Shown: piece by piece, positions 28,136 to 37,272 of the stretch
Position numbering within the stretch: the stretch's first letter is position 1
Layout: the number at the start of each line of letters is the position of its first letter
Source: Acidimicrobiales bacterium
GTDB taxonomy: Bacteria; Actinomycetota; Acidimicrobiia; Acidimicrobiales; SZUA-35
Length of the DNA stretch: 64,000 nucleotides
Assembly: GCA_965216355.1 (NCBI GenBank)
Contig: CBDCFR010000013.1
Span: 588,883 to 652,882, forward strand
Reading direction: 5' to 3'
The notes under the pieces: generated by a model
Told to the model about the DNA's origin: nothing
Database searches by the model: none
The model's input: the letters and a program-made list of their open reading frames with translations, nothing else
Position numbers and translations under genes: made by a program

Positions 28136-28942
28136 TTGTGTGTTTCATTTGGCATGACAGCCGCCAAGTCCACTGCGACCGACACCACCGAAACCGAATC
28201 CGCCAAACCCCGAGTCAGAACCAAATCGAATCCGAAATGGATCCGGGGCATGATCGACGGAGCGCCGGTGGTCGACAGTCGCCGCAGTCGGTTCGTGTGG
28301 GAGATCCCGTATTACCCGGCCTGGTACTTCCCAGTTGACGATGTGACCGGTGAGCTCGTGGAGAACGGGTCGACGCTTCGATCGCCCAGCCGGGGGACCG
28401 CCACGTTGTACGACCTGGTTGTAGGCGATCGCACGATTTCCGCCGCCGCGTGGCGCCACCTTGACTCGCCGGTTGAGGAGCTGCGAGATCTCGTCCGCTT
28501 CGAGTGGGACGCCCTCGACGCGTGGTTTGAAGAAGACGTCGAAGTTTTTGTGCACCCTCGCAGCCCTGAGGTTCGGGTTGATGCGTTGCCGTCTTCACGC
28601 CACGTGCGGGTGTTGGTCGACGGCGATGTTGTTGCTGACAGTGTGCGGCCCACCATCCTCTACGAGACGGGCCTGCCCGAGCGATACTATCTGCCGAAGG
28701 TCGACGTGCGTATGGACCTTCTCACTCCAACCGACCTCACCACCGCCTGCCCCTATAAAGGGTGGGCTGAGTACTGGAACGTGACTGCCGGGGGTGACAC
28801 TCACGAGAACTTGGTGTGGGGATACCGCACACCTCTGCCCGAGTCGGAACCGATCGCCGGCCTCGTGTGTTTTTACAACGAGAAGGTCGACATCGAAGTC
28901 GACGGCGTGATGCTCGACCGTCCTAAGACGGTGTTCAGCTAG
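28136..28942 (+). CDS. DUF427 domain-containing protein (two DUF427 copies)
   Basis: The sequences WEIPYYPAWYFPVDDV, ...AAAWRHLDSP...VRFEW, RYYLPKVDVRMDLLTPTDLTTACPYKGWAEYWNV and ...LVWGYRTPLPESEPIAGLVCFYNEKV are classic DUF427 signatures. The likely start is ATG 28154. Confidence 0.85.
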   Translation: MCVSFGMTAAKSTATDTTETESAKPRVRTKSNPKWIRGMIDGAPVVDSRRSRFVWEIPYYPAWYFPVDDVTGELVENGSTLRSPSRGTATLYDLVVGDRTISAAAWRHLDSPVEELRDLVRFEWDALDAWFEEDVEVFVHPRSPEVRVDALPSSRHVRVLVDGDVVADSVRPTILYETGLPERYYLPKVDVRMDLLTPTDLTTACPYKGWAEYWNVTAGGDTHENLVWGYRTPLPESEPIAGLVCFYNEKVDIEVDGVMLDRPKTVFS

Positions 28943-28963
28943 AGCTCGATCAAATTCCGCATC

Positions 28964-29575
28964 CTACTCGCCATTGAGTCCTTCGAGTACCGACTTCATT
29001 TCCGGCAGTTGATCGAATGACGTGTCGGCGTTCATAAATTGGAATACTGCAAGAGCTAAGACCGCCAAGCCCGCGATTGCCAACATATTGGGACCCCTGG
29101 CTTGTGCAAGCGCGGAGAAGGCATCCTTGATGATCTCTTTGACGGAATCGAGTGCCGATTTGCCCAGTTTGGAAACATCACCGTCGACCTTGACCTCGGC
29201 CGGCAGCCCGGCGATTGACAGTGTGAACGCACCAGCCAACAGCGCCGCCCCCAGCAACATCAGTCCGTAGGTCACGGCCAAACTTTGTTTTGACGCGGGT
29301 TCTGCACTCAGCGTCCAGATCTCGGTGTCCGTGTACTGGATAGTTGTGTCGTTGGCGTCCTCGTTAGGTGATGTTCTTGTATTATTCCGCGCTCCGTAGG
29401 TGACGTCGTGCTTGATCGTGAAGCTTGACTCCGACTGCTCGCTCGGAAGCAATATTGTCAACAACAGAATCCCAAGGACAACGATCACTAGGGAGATGAA
29501 ACCGGCGAAAAGGATTTCTCCTCCACCAAAACGCGGTCGTACCGTGACGGGGTTGGTGGTCATATAGAAATGCAA
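28964..29575 (-). CDS. hypothetical membrane protein
   Basis: A 203-aa ORF that is more AT-rich than its surroundings. It has three hydrophobic helices (ILFAGFISLVIVVLGILLLTILL; LAVTYGLMLLGAALLAGAFTLSIAG; MLAIAGLAVLALAVF). Confidence 0.55.
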   Translation of the reverse strand: MHFYMTTNPVTVRPRFGGGEILFAGFISLVIVVLGILLLTILLPSEQSESSFTIKHDVTYGARNNTRTSPNEDANDTTIQYTDTEIWTLSAEPASKQSLAVTYGLMLLGAALLAGAFTLSIAGLPAEVKVDGDVSKLGKSALDSVKEIIKDAFSALAQARGPNMLAIAGLAVLALAVFQFMNADTSFDQLPEMKSVLEGLNGE

Positions 29576-29613
29576 GCATCGAGTGCTCCATTACGTCAAG
29601 CGAAGACCAACAG

Positions 29614-32493
29614 TTACAGGATCATCGTCACCGTGCCCGACGTGCCGTCGTAGTCGATCACCGTTCGTTGGCCGTTGACATAAACCGCATAAGTCCCGGC
29701 GTCGGGGGTGAACGTTACGACTCCGTTGGCATCGGTGGTGGCGGTCTCAAGAAGCTTTCCGTCGCGGGAGCCGCCTCGACGAGTGCTCCACAACTCCACG
29801 GTCTGCCCGGCTACTGCCGAGCCACCACCGTCAACAACTTCCACTACGAGGCCGGCGGACGGCGGTTCGCCACCGTCGGGAACGATGGTGGCCAGCGCGC
29901 TCAGGTTCGACTGACCGGCTTCCACACACAGCTGCTGGTCGTAGCTGGTGCCGCCATTCTCCTGGATCGTGGTGCCGGTGGGGGCGATCACTCGCACAAA
30001 CCAGCATCCGGCATCCACGGTGAAGGTGTAGGCCCCAGCGCCATCGCTGGTCGCGGTGGCCTGCAGCGACCCGGGTCGCTCGTTCTTGCCCTTGCGCACC
30101 ACGTCGTAGAGTTCGACGGTCACGTCCGCCACACCCGAACCGTCATCGGCCGACACCACCGTGCCACCGACCAACGTGTCGACCGGCGGGGGAATGTCGC
30201 CTGGAGTCAGGGTCAGCACTGGCGGATCATGGTCCGACAGTTTGTGCCCATCGGTGAACGACCCGGTCAACGTCGGCTCATCCCACTCCCGGTTGTAGTA
30301 GTGGGTGTCGAAGTGGGCGTACACCAGGTCCGGAACATAGGCGTTCAGCCCCGACGTGATCAGCAGATGATCGAGCGTCTGCAGCCGACCGCTGAACTGG
30401 AAGCTGTAGGCCTCTCCGGCGGGAACGGTCGACCACATATTCGACAGCGACGTGGAGCCGTCCTCCAGAATCTGTAACGGTGTCTCGTCTTCGAAGGCGT
30501 TGAGGTCGCCGGTGACGATCACGTGGTTGCCGGCCGCCTCCAGCGAAGCCACGGTGTCTCGCACCACGGTGGCCTGAGCGTCGCGGCAGGCATCGGGCGC
30601 GGCCTTGGAGGAGAAGTGGTTGTTGATCACCGACAGCGTCTCGTTGTTGAACCCGGCGCCGAGGTTCACGTCAATCTGCAGCGGCGGGCGGTCGAACAGG
30701 TAGGCGGTGTCGCCGCAGTTGTCGGCGGTGTCGGGGAACGTCTTGGCCACCTGGGTCACACCGGTCACGTTCATCCCGTCCTTCACCAGGAAGCCCACGT
30801 CGATGCCCCGATTGTCGTTGCCCTCTTCAAGGTAGGCGGTGTAACCGCCGAGTGTGGAGGCGACGTCCTGGAGGATGGTGAGGTCGTTGACCTCTTCAAC
30901 GCCGACGATGTCGGGGCGCTTCAGCAACCGGTCGACGGCGTCGACGATGCGAGCAAGCTTGTTGTCGTACTCGTGCTGACTCACCGGTGAACCGTCGTGG
31001 GACACGCCGACGGGGAAGAAGTTCTCCACGTTGAGCGCCGTCACCCGCACTTGATCCGGAGCGGCGTCGGCCAGGCCGTCGTAGGGGTAGACGACCGATG
31101 GGTCGGCCGTGATGGTCGGCATCTGGCCGGGCTGCACGAGGATCTTGTACAGATCGAACGTGTAGGCCAGCGGCCCGACCGTGTTCTCGATCGTGGCGAA
31201 CAGGTCGGCCTTCACCACGGTCGACGATGCCACCTCGGGTTTGCGGGGCAGCGCCGGGTTACCGGCCCCGGCGTCACTATCGAGTGAGAGGAGGCTGGGG
31301 TTGGTGGCCGGGCGAACCAGGATGCTCTTGGTAGCGCCGGGGGTCACCATCAACTCACCGAACCGGTTTGTGCCACCGCTGTTGGCCACGGCCACGGGCA
31401 GGCTCACCCGCATCCCTTCCAACGCTTCGTAACCGTCGCGGGTGATGCCGTCGCTAATCACGGCCGGGGTTGGCAACGGGTTGCCGGAGCTCATGGTCTG
31501 GATGGCGGCTCCGGCAGCGATGGCGGTGAACTCGAAGTGCTCAACCACGGTGCCGGTCACCCTCACGAGGTCGCCGGGTTGGTAGTCGGCCACGTTGTCG
31601 GCCGAGCTGGAGAACTGCACGAAGATGCCTTCCGACGTGCTGGCGTCGGCGTCCGCATCAGCATCTTCCTCCTGCACGAAGAAGCCTCGGTCGGTGTGGA
31701 AGATGGCTCCGGAGTTGGACTGTCCGGCCTCGTCGTCCCAACCGGTCACCACCGCTTCGACGGTCACGGTTTGGCCGAGCATGGGGGAGTCGTCGACGGT
31801 GTCGCCGGCAGCGGGGTAGGGGGTCGGGAAGTCTGGGTCGGGTGCGGTCACGCTGCCCTGAATCTCATGAATCAGAGTGAGGCCATCGCCGGGATCGACC
31901 GGGCCGCCGGTGAGGGTCTGGCCGTTGTTGAGTGTTCCGGCGGTCGCGGTCACCGGGCCGATCCATGCGAACTCCCCGGCGGTTTCGCCGGAGCCCGTGA
32001 GCTGCAACGACAGGCCGGGTGTGGTGCTCGGCCCTTCGGCCACGCCGATGTCGGTGCTGGTGAGCCCGTTGGCCGGACCGTCGGTGGCGGTCATCGTTCC
32101 TTCGTAGCTGAGGAACTGCACCACGGTGCCCTGCGGGTTGACCAGTGCCACGCCGTCCGGACTGCCGTTCTGCAGTCCGCTGATCGACGACCACACGGCG
32201 CCCGAACCGGCGCCTTCATCGTCGATCAGGCCGCTCAAGTTCGTGGTCTTATAGGAGGTACCGCCGTTGCCGTTGTAGGCCACGATCGACCAACCCTGAA
32301 GGCTGGCTCCGGCCGGTCCGGCCACCTCGACCCCTTCGGCGGTGTCGGTCGAGTCGTTGTCGTAGTGGATCTCGTTGATGAAGATCGTGGTGTCGGTACC
32401 CGGTACGGCAGCGGCCGGGGTGGCCATCGCCAGGAGAGGGAACAGGACTATGGCCGCGACAAGACCAAGTCGCCCTCGGTGCGTGGTTCGCAT
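29614..32493 (-). CDS. ExeM/NucH-family extracellular endonuclease (lamin-tail domain + endonuclease/exonuclease/phosphatase fold + C-terminal Ig-like regulatory domains)
   Basis: Signal: GLVAAIVLFPLLAMATPAAA. LTD signature: IFINEIHYDNDSTDTAEGVEVAGPAGASLQGWSIVAYNGNGG. EEP signatures: VRVTALNVENFFP, PDIVGVEEV, VIVTGDLNAF, LSDHDPPVLTL. C-terminal CarboxypepD_reg/SdrD-B-like repeats: GGTVVSADDGSGVADVTVELYD and GQTVELWS. Confidence 0.85.
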   Translation of the reverse strand: MRTTHRGRLGLVAAIVLFPLLAMATPAAAVPGTDTTIFINEIHYDNDSTDTAEGVEVAGPAGASLQGWSIVAYNGNGGTSYKTTNLSGLIDDEGAGSGAVWSSISGLQNGSPDGVALVNPQGTVVQFLSYEGTMTATDGPANGLTSTDIGVAEGPSTTPGLSLQLTGSGETAGEFAWIGPVTATAGTLNNGQTLTGGPVDPGDGLTLIHEIQGSVTAPDPDFPTPYPAAGDTVDDSPMLGQTVTVEAVVTGWDDEAGQSNSGAIFHTDRGFFVQEEDADADADASTSEGIFVQFSSSADNVADYQPGDLVRVTGTVVEHFEFTAIAAGAAIQTMSSGNPLPTPAVISDGITRDGYEALEGMRVSLPVAVANSGGTNRFGELMVTPGATKSILVRPATNPSLLSLDSDAGAGNPALPRKPEVASSTVVKADLFATIENTVGPLAYTFDLYKILVQPGQMPTITADPSVVYPYDGLADAAPDQVRVTALNVENFFPVGVSHDGSPVSQHEYDNKLARIVDAVDRLLKRPDIVGVEEVNDLTILQDVASTLGGYTAYLEEGNDNRGIDVGFLVKDGMNVTGVTQVAKTFPDTADNCGDTAYLFDRPPLQIDVNLGAGFNNETLSVINNHFSSKAAPDACRDAQATVVRDTVASLEAAGNHVIVTGDLNAFEDETPLQILEDGSTSLSNMWSTVPAGEAYSFQFSGRLQTLDHLLITSGLNAYVPDLVYAHFDTHYYNREWDEPTLTGSFTDGHKLSDHDPPVLTLTPGDIPPPVDTLVGGTVVSADDGSGVADVTVELYDVVRKGKNERPGSLQATATSDGAGAYTFTVDAGCWFVRVIAPTGTTIQENGGTSYDQQLCVEAGQSNLSALATIVPDGGEPPSAGLVVEVVDGGGSAVAGQTVELWSTRRGGSRDGKLLETATTDANGVVTFTPDAGTYAVYVNGQRTVIDYDGTSGTVTMIL

Positions 32494-32622
32494 GGTGGTG
32501 GTGACTCCTCAGAGTGGTGGTTGGGGGAACACCGCCGCGCCTAAGTAAGACACCTAACTATGTTAGGAAGTCGCGGATCCGTCAAGGCGCGCAGACTCAC
32601 CGCCTCCCGCCCCAAGGCCGGA

Positions 32623-32925
32623 TCAGTGAGGAAACGCCACTTCCATGAAACCAAAGATCGTGACCGCGAGGCCAACGATCGTGGCGGCGATTGCGGCGAC
32701 GCTACGCTCTCGCTGGCCGACAACGGCGACCACCCCGGCCACCGTCGCAACAACGGCTGAAGCGAAGGCGACCAGCACCGGAACGGTCAACCAGAGGTTG
32801 TCGAAGAACTCGTCGCCGCCTCGTTGCCCCGAGGCCACCAGGATGGCGAACAGGCCCATGAGCACGGCAAATACGGTCATGCCGACGGCTGCGATACGTC
32901 CAAATCTGGTAGTCGGGAGGAGCAC
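32623..32925 (-). CDS. small three-helix membrane protein (hypothetical)
   Basis: A 100-aa ORF made almost entirely of three hydrophobic helices. The alternative plus-strand ORF 32645..33040 is Ala/Thr/Arg-rich and looks like a shadow frame. Confidence 0.45.
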   Translation of the reverse strand: MLLPTTRFGRIAAVGMTVFAVLMGLFAILVASGQRGGDEFFDNLWLTVPVLVAFASAVVATVAGVVAVVGQRERSVAAIAATIVGLAVTIFGFMEVAFPH

Positions 32926-33091
32926 ATCTATATTTTCTCGCCCGCCGTTTGCGAAGGACAGAGGCGAACGTCCCGTCGGAACTCGACTCGGCGAAGCGTC
33001 TCATGACCGCCAATTGGCTTGGACCGACGTCGCCGACTAACACTGGTTATCGACCTCCAGGCGACAGGGCGGATGCAGTCAGGAGTTTGAG

Positions 33092-34225
33092 GTGGACCAG
33101 CTCTACATAGCCGATCGACCGTTTCGACGAGACCCAGCCCGGTCGTTCACGTTGCCGGCCCGGTTCTACACCTCGACCGAGATTCTGAACGACGAGAAGC
33201 CGGCCATCTTTGACCGAAGTTGGTTTTACGTCGGTCATCGAAGTCAGGTGGCCGAGTCGGGCGACTACCTCACCGCCACCGTGTTCGACCAGGAGATCCT
33301 CATCACCAACGACGGCGGATCGCTCAACGGGTTCTACAACGTGTGCAAACACCGCGGCCACGAACTCGTGCAAGGCACCGGACGAGCACGAGCCCTCACC
33401 TGTCCCTACCACGCCTGGGTCTACCGGCTGGACGGCACGCTGGCCCAGGCCCGCAACACCGCCGAACTCGACGACTTCGACCGCTGCGACTTCTCGCTTT
33501 CACCGGTGCGGGTCGAGGAACTCTGCGGCTTCGTGTTTGTCAACCTCGACCCCAACGCCACGCCGCTGGCCGAACAGACCGCCGGGTTGGAAGCCGAGCT
33601 CCGCCACTACTGCCCCGAGATCGACACCATCGCCTTCGCCCAACGAGACACGTTCGACGTGGCCTGCAACTGGAAGACCCTCATCGACAACTTCTTGGAG
33701 TGTTACCACTGCGCCCCGGCCCACCGTGATTTCGTCGACCTGGTCGACATGGCCAGCTACCGGTCCCGGATCAACGGCATCTACTCCAACCACATCTCCA
33801 ACGCCGCCCGCACCACCGACTCGTCGGCCTACAGCTTCGACCCGGGCTCCGTCAACTTCGGATTCGCCGGCTGGTACCTCTGGCCCAACCTGTCCATCTG
33901 GATCTACCCCGGCGACGCCAACGTCTCGATGCTCCAGATGCTGCCGGTGCCCGGACAGCCCGAACGCTGCATCGAATACCAAGACTGGTACTGCGTCGGC
34001 GGACAGCCAACCGCTCAGCTGGCTGAAGCCATGGCCTATCAGAAAGATGTGCTGCAACCGGAAGACATCGGCCTCTGCGAGAGTGTGCAGAAGGGCCTCC
34101 GCTCCCACGGCTACAACCAAGGTCGGTTTGTGATCGACGAAGACCGCACCGAGCTGAGTGAACACACCGTCCACCACTTCCAGCTCATGGTGGCCGAAGC
34201 GCTCGGTCACCCGATCGAGGAGTAG
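33092..34225 (+). CDS. Rieske [2Fe-2S] aromatic-ring-hydroxylating oxygenase alpha-subunit-like protein
   Basis: SD AGGAG precedes the GTG start. The Rieske motif is CKHRGHELV...LTCPYHAWVY. The catalytic domain contains NWKTLIDNFLECYHCAPAHRDF. Confidence 0.9.
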   Translation: MDQLYIADRPFRRDPARSFTLPARFYTSTEILNDEKPAIFDRSWFYVGHRSQVAESGDYLTATVFDQEILITNDGGSLNGFYNVCKHRGHELVQGTGRARALTCPYHAWVYRLDGTLAQARNTAELDDFDRCDFSLSPVRVEELCGFVFVNLDPNATPLAEQTAGLEAELRHYCPEIDTIAFAQRDTFDVACNWKTLIDNFLECYHCAPAHRDFVDLVDMASYRSRINGIYSNHISNAARTTDSSAYSFDPGSVNFGFAGWYLWPNLSIWIYPGDANVSMLQMLPVPGQPERCIEYQDWYCVGGQPTAQLAEAMAYQKDVLQPEDIGLCESVQKGLRSHGYNQGRFVIDEDRTELSEHTVHHFQLMVAEALGHPIEE

Positions 34226-34235
34226 GGTCAGCAGG

Positions 34236-34901
34236 TCACGACGTGAAGCTGGTGATCGCCTCCAACGGCTCCCGGGGCATACGCACTGTATTTATATGTG
34301 CGTCGTCGTCGGGGTAGCCGAACGACATGCCGAACACGATGCCGTTTTCCTCAGGAATGTCTGCCACCTCTCGAGCGGTATCGGGATACTGGGCCAAGGC
34401 GCCCTGAGCGATTGACCCCAGGCCTCGCTCCACCATCAGTAGTGTGACCGTCTGCAGCAGAATGCCCATGTCGACGCCACTCGACAAACCCAACGTGCGA
34501 GGCATCGAGAAGAAGGCCGCGTGCGGGGCGTCGAACAACTCGAAGTTCTTCCTGGCGATGGCCGCTCTCCCGGCCCGGTCGGATCGCTCCACACCCATCG
34601 TGGCGTAGTACGAGTAGCCGCACGCTCGGCGTCGTTCCATCAGATCGTCGGGCAGTGGATCCGGCGGGCGAGGGAAGTCGCGCTCGCCCGGATCGCCGCT
34701 GTCGAATCGGGCGCAAAGGCGTTTGCGGAGATCGTCGCATGCCGCGCCACTCACCACTGCGATGTGCCACGGCTGACTGTTGGTGCCCGACTGCGCCAGG
34801 CGGGCCAAGTCGAACACCTCACGGATCACCTCGTCGGGCACCGGGTCGGGACGGTAACCCCGCACTGAATAGCGGCTCTTGAGCGCTGTAGTCACGTCCA
34901 T
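34236..34901 (-). CDS. nitroreductase family protein
   Basis: The N-terminus reads ALKSRYSVRGYRPDPVPDEVIREVFDLARLAQSGTNSQPWHIAVV. The length is typical of the family (221 aa). Confidence 0.9.
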   Translation of the reverse strand: MDVTTALKSRYSVRGYRPDPVPDEVIREVFDLARLAQSGTNSQPWHIAVVSGAACDDLRKRLCARFDSGDPGERDFPRPPDPLPDDLMERRRACGYSYYATMGVERSDRAGRAAIARKNFELFDAPHAAFFSMPRTLGLSSGVDMGILLQTVTLLMVERGLGSIAQGALAQYPDTAREVADIPEENGIVFGMSFGYPDDDAHINTVRMPREPLEAITSFTS

Positions 34902-34946
34902 GGTGTCAAGTCCATGGTGTCAAGTCCATAGTGTCACGTCCATCAC
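34888..34946. repeat. about four tandem copies of a 14-bp unit (GTCCATGGTGTCAA) spanning the nitroreductase start codon
   Basis: The units are 34896-34909 GTCCATGGTGTCAA, 34910-34923 GTCCATGGTGTCAA, 34924-34937 GTCCATAGTGTCAC and 34938-34946 GTCCATCAC. They are preceded by GTAGTCAC. The annotated ATG (34901..34899) lies inside the first unit. Confidence 0.9.
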
Positions 34947-35001
34947 CTAGGGATAGCGCCCACACCGCTTCCGCACAACTTCACGCCGGCTGACCGCTCG
35001 G

Positions 35002-36117
35002 CTAGCCGCCGGCCACGGCCGGTTCGTCGGGGCAAGTGGTCGTCGCCGGATCATCCAGCACGGGATGACCGGAGCTGACGATGGTGACGGGGAGCAGGCA
35101 GCCGATCACGTCGCCCTCGGCGGTGATGACTACCCGGGCCACGGCGGTGTCGGAACCGGCCCGTGAGAACCGGGGCCACACGAAGTTGCCAAGTCCCCAG
35201 GCCACGGCTGACCCGTCGACGATCTCCATTGGCTGTATCCGGTGATGGTGGTGGCCGAAGATCACGGTTGCTCCCGCCTCGATCAGCGCCGCGGCGTGAT
35301 CACGGTTGCGGGCGTTTGGTGTCAGCTCCAACTCGCAGCACCAGTGGATCGTCACGATCACCACATCAGCGGCGGTCGCCGCTGATTCGACAGCCTCGAC
35401 CATGGCCGACAGATCGAGCCCGTCGCTTATTCCCGGTCGATCCTCGGTGGCCACCCAATCGTGGCCAAGGTACACCGCGCCAAATCCGAGCACGGCAATC
35501 GAACGTCCACCTCGTTCGAGGATGGCGGGGGCGAACGCTTCGGCGCGGTTGGCCCCGGCACCGACGACCGCAATCCCGGCGGCCCGGACGTTGGCCATCG
35601 AATCGATCAGAGCGTCAGGACCGTAGTCCATCGAGTGGTTGTTGCCGAGACTGGCCACGTCGACTCCGTCGGCGGCCAGCACCGGTAGAGCGTCAGGGTC
35701 GCAGCGAAAGTTGAACGGCCGCGGTTGGCGAACACCCAGATTGCTGGGCGCACATTCCAGATTGACTACCGTCAGATCGTCGATGGTGAACAGCCCGTTG
35801 AGCCCGGACAACGCATGATCGTAACCCTCGGCTGCCAGCGCCGGAAGGTAGCTTGGATCGACATTGAGGTCGCCGGTGCCATGAATCACCAGCGGTTGTG
35901 GGGGAGCAGTTGCCGTTGTGGTGGTTGTGGTGCTGGCTGTCGTGGTCGTCGTCGTGGAGAGTGTCGTCGGAACGGTCGTCGACGCCGTCGCCACTGTCGA
36001 CGTTGGCGTGGCGGCAGACTGCTGATCCGCCGCGGCGGCGCAGGCGCCAACGAGTAGCGACGTCATCAGCAAGGCCGTAGCCCCCCGACCTGGGCGCCGG
36101 AAAACAGTCATCTCCAT
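35002..36117 (-). CDS. CapA-family (poly-gamma-glutamate synthesis-type) metallophosphatase lipoprotein
   Basis: The likely start is M38/M40 of the ORF (36117 or 36111), giving MEMTVFRRPGRGATALLMTSLLVGAC (lipobox-like). A Thr-rich linker follows. The CapA signatures are IHGTGDLN, VVNLECAPS, VASLGNNHSMDYG, VIVTIHWCCE and IFGHHHHRIQPME. Confidence 0.85.
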   Translation of the reverse strand: MEMTVFRRPGRGATALLMTSLLVGACAAAADQQSAATPTSTVATASTTVPTTLSTTTTTTASTTTTTTATAPPQPLVIHGTGDLNVDPSYLPALAAEGYDHALSGLNGLFTIDDLTVVNLECAPSNLGVRQPRPFNFRCDPDALPVLAADGVDVASLGNNHSMDYGPDALIDSMANVRAAGIAVVGAGANRAEAFAPAILERGGRSIAVLGFGAVYLGHDWVATEDRPGISDGLDLSAMVEAVESAATAADVVIVTIHWCCELELTPNARNRDHAAALIEAGATVIFGHHHHRIQPMEIVDGSAVAWGLGNFVWPRFSRAGSDTAVARVVITAEGDVIGCLLPVTIVSSGHPVLDDPATTTCPDEPAVAGG

Positions 36118-36229
36118 CAACGTAATCTGCGCCAGATCCGCTCGACTAGAGGACTTTGACTCTGAGGTGACTTCGGGCTCTACTCCCCTTCGAATTCCGG
36201 CAGGACGATATGGGTAGGAGGTGTCCACG

Positions 36230-37150
36230 ATGACCGACTTCTACCCATCCACTGAGCCAGAACCGCCCCGTCGGCCTCGCAGCTATTGGAGTACCACCCC
36301 ACCGTGGTACGTGGCGATGGTCGCCGGCATCTTGGGCGTGATGTTGGTGATCCTGCTTGTGCTGCTTTTTCGAGGCGATGGTGATACCACGACGGCCGGC
36401 GACACCACGTCGACCGAAACCACCGCCGAGACAACAACAACGTCGGAAGCCACGACCACCGAGTCGTCCATAACCACGACGACCGAGTCCACCACGACCA
36501 CAACCGAGTCGACCACAACAAGTGAGTCGTCCACAGCTACAACCACGGAGTCCACGACAACCACAACCGAGGCCACCACAACCACGCTTGATCCGGAAAC
36601 GTATCGAACCGCAGTGTGGCCCTGGTTCGAGTCGACCGTTCGCTACACCGACCCGGTTGAAGCAGCCAAGGGTTTCGCCGAGGACTTCGTTGGCTACGCC
36701 GATCCGGTGCTCGGCCCGTTCATGCAGGGCGACAGCCGGTCGGGCGAAGTCGAGGTGTGGAACGGCCCCGGTAAATCCGGGCCTTCGACCATCGTGCTCG
36801 TACGTCAACTCGGACCGGACGACACCTGGTGGGTGCTCGGTTCGGTGGCCCGCGACATCCGCATCGAGCAACCGGATGTGCTTGACGTGATCGCCAGCCC
36901 ACTCACAGTGTCCGGCGAATCGGTGGCCTTCGAAGCTCACGTCGATGTGGCGTTTCGGGTCGACGGCACCGTCACTCCGGTCGAGACCGGGTTCGTGATG
37001 GGGGGCGGCACGGAAATGGCGCCGTTCAGCAAGGAGTTCACCTTCACCAGCCCTGGCGACAAAGGAGGAGCGCTGATGTTGTTCACCATCAGCGCCGCCG
37101 ACGGTGACATCGAGGAGGCTTCGGTTCTGCGCATCTTCTACGCCGACTGA
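36230..37150 (+). CDS. membrane-anchored protein with a Thr/Glu/Ser-rich linker and a Gmad2-type Ig-like domain
   Basis: AGGAGG lies 8 nt before ATG 36230. The TM helix is WYVAMVAGILGVMLVILLVLLF, followed by the low-complexity tract TTSTETTAETTTTSEATTTESSITTTTESTTTTTESTTTSESSTATTTESTTTTTEATTTT. The C-terminus has IASPLTVSGESVAFEAHVDVAFRVDG...APFSKEFTF, typical of Gmad2/GerMN-associated Ig-like domains. Confidence 0.7.
   Translation: MTDFYPSTEPEPPRRPRSYWSTTPPWYVAMVAGILGVMLVILLVLLFRGDGDTTTAGDTTSTETTAETTTTSEATTTESSITTTTESTTTTTESTTTSESSTATTTESTTTTTEATTTTLDPETYRTAVWPWFESTVRYTDPVEAAKGFAEDFVGYADPVLGPFMQGDSRSGEVEVWNGPGKSGPSTIVLVRQLGPDDTWWVLGSVARDIRIEQPDVLDVIASPLTVSGESVAFEAHVDVAFRVDGTVTPVETGFVMGGGTEMAPFSKEFTFTSPGDKGGALMLFTISAADGDIEEASVLRIFYAD
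36400..36590. repeat. imperfect tandem ACC/ACG/GAG-rich coding repeats (Thr/Glu/Ser linker)
   Basis: Reiterated ACCACGACGACCGAGTCC-like units are visible inside gene 36230..37150. This tract also generates long spurious ORFs on the opposite strand. Confidence 0.7.
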
Positions 37151-37272
37151 CACCCGTCCAAGACGCCATGATCTTCCCACCACTCGCCTGCCTGCCGCCG
37201 GCCATCCGACTATGGTCTAGGCAAGCAGGCGGGTGAGATCGATATCGATAGGGAAGGCAAGGCAGTTACGCG

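Noticed and set aside
31537-32544. 335-aa plus-strand ORF opposite the nuclease gene
   Set aside because: It is a Gly/Arg/Val/His-rich antisense shadow. The minus-strand ExeM/NucH frame is unambiguous.
33210-34133. 307-aa alternative plus-frame ORF inside the Rieske oxygenase gene
   Set aside because: It is a Pro/Thr/Ser/Arg-rich out-of-frame translation. The Rieske frame has the CxH/CxxH motifs.
34888-34946. CRISPR-like array
   Set aside because: The repeats are only 14 bp, directly abutting with no spacers, and no cas genes are present. This is a simple tandem repeat, not a CRISPR array.
36146-37183. 345-aa minus-strand ORF covering the whole Gmad2-like gene
   Set aside because: It is a Gly/Arg/Cys-rich, low-complexity translation generated antisense to the Thr/Glu repeat tract. 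The plus-strand gene has a strong SD, a TM helix and a recognisable domain. I treat this as a shadow ORF.
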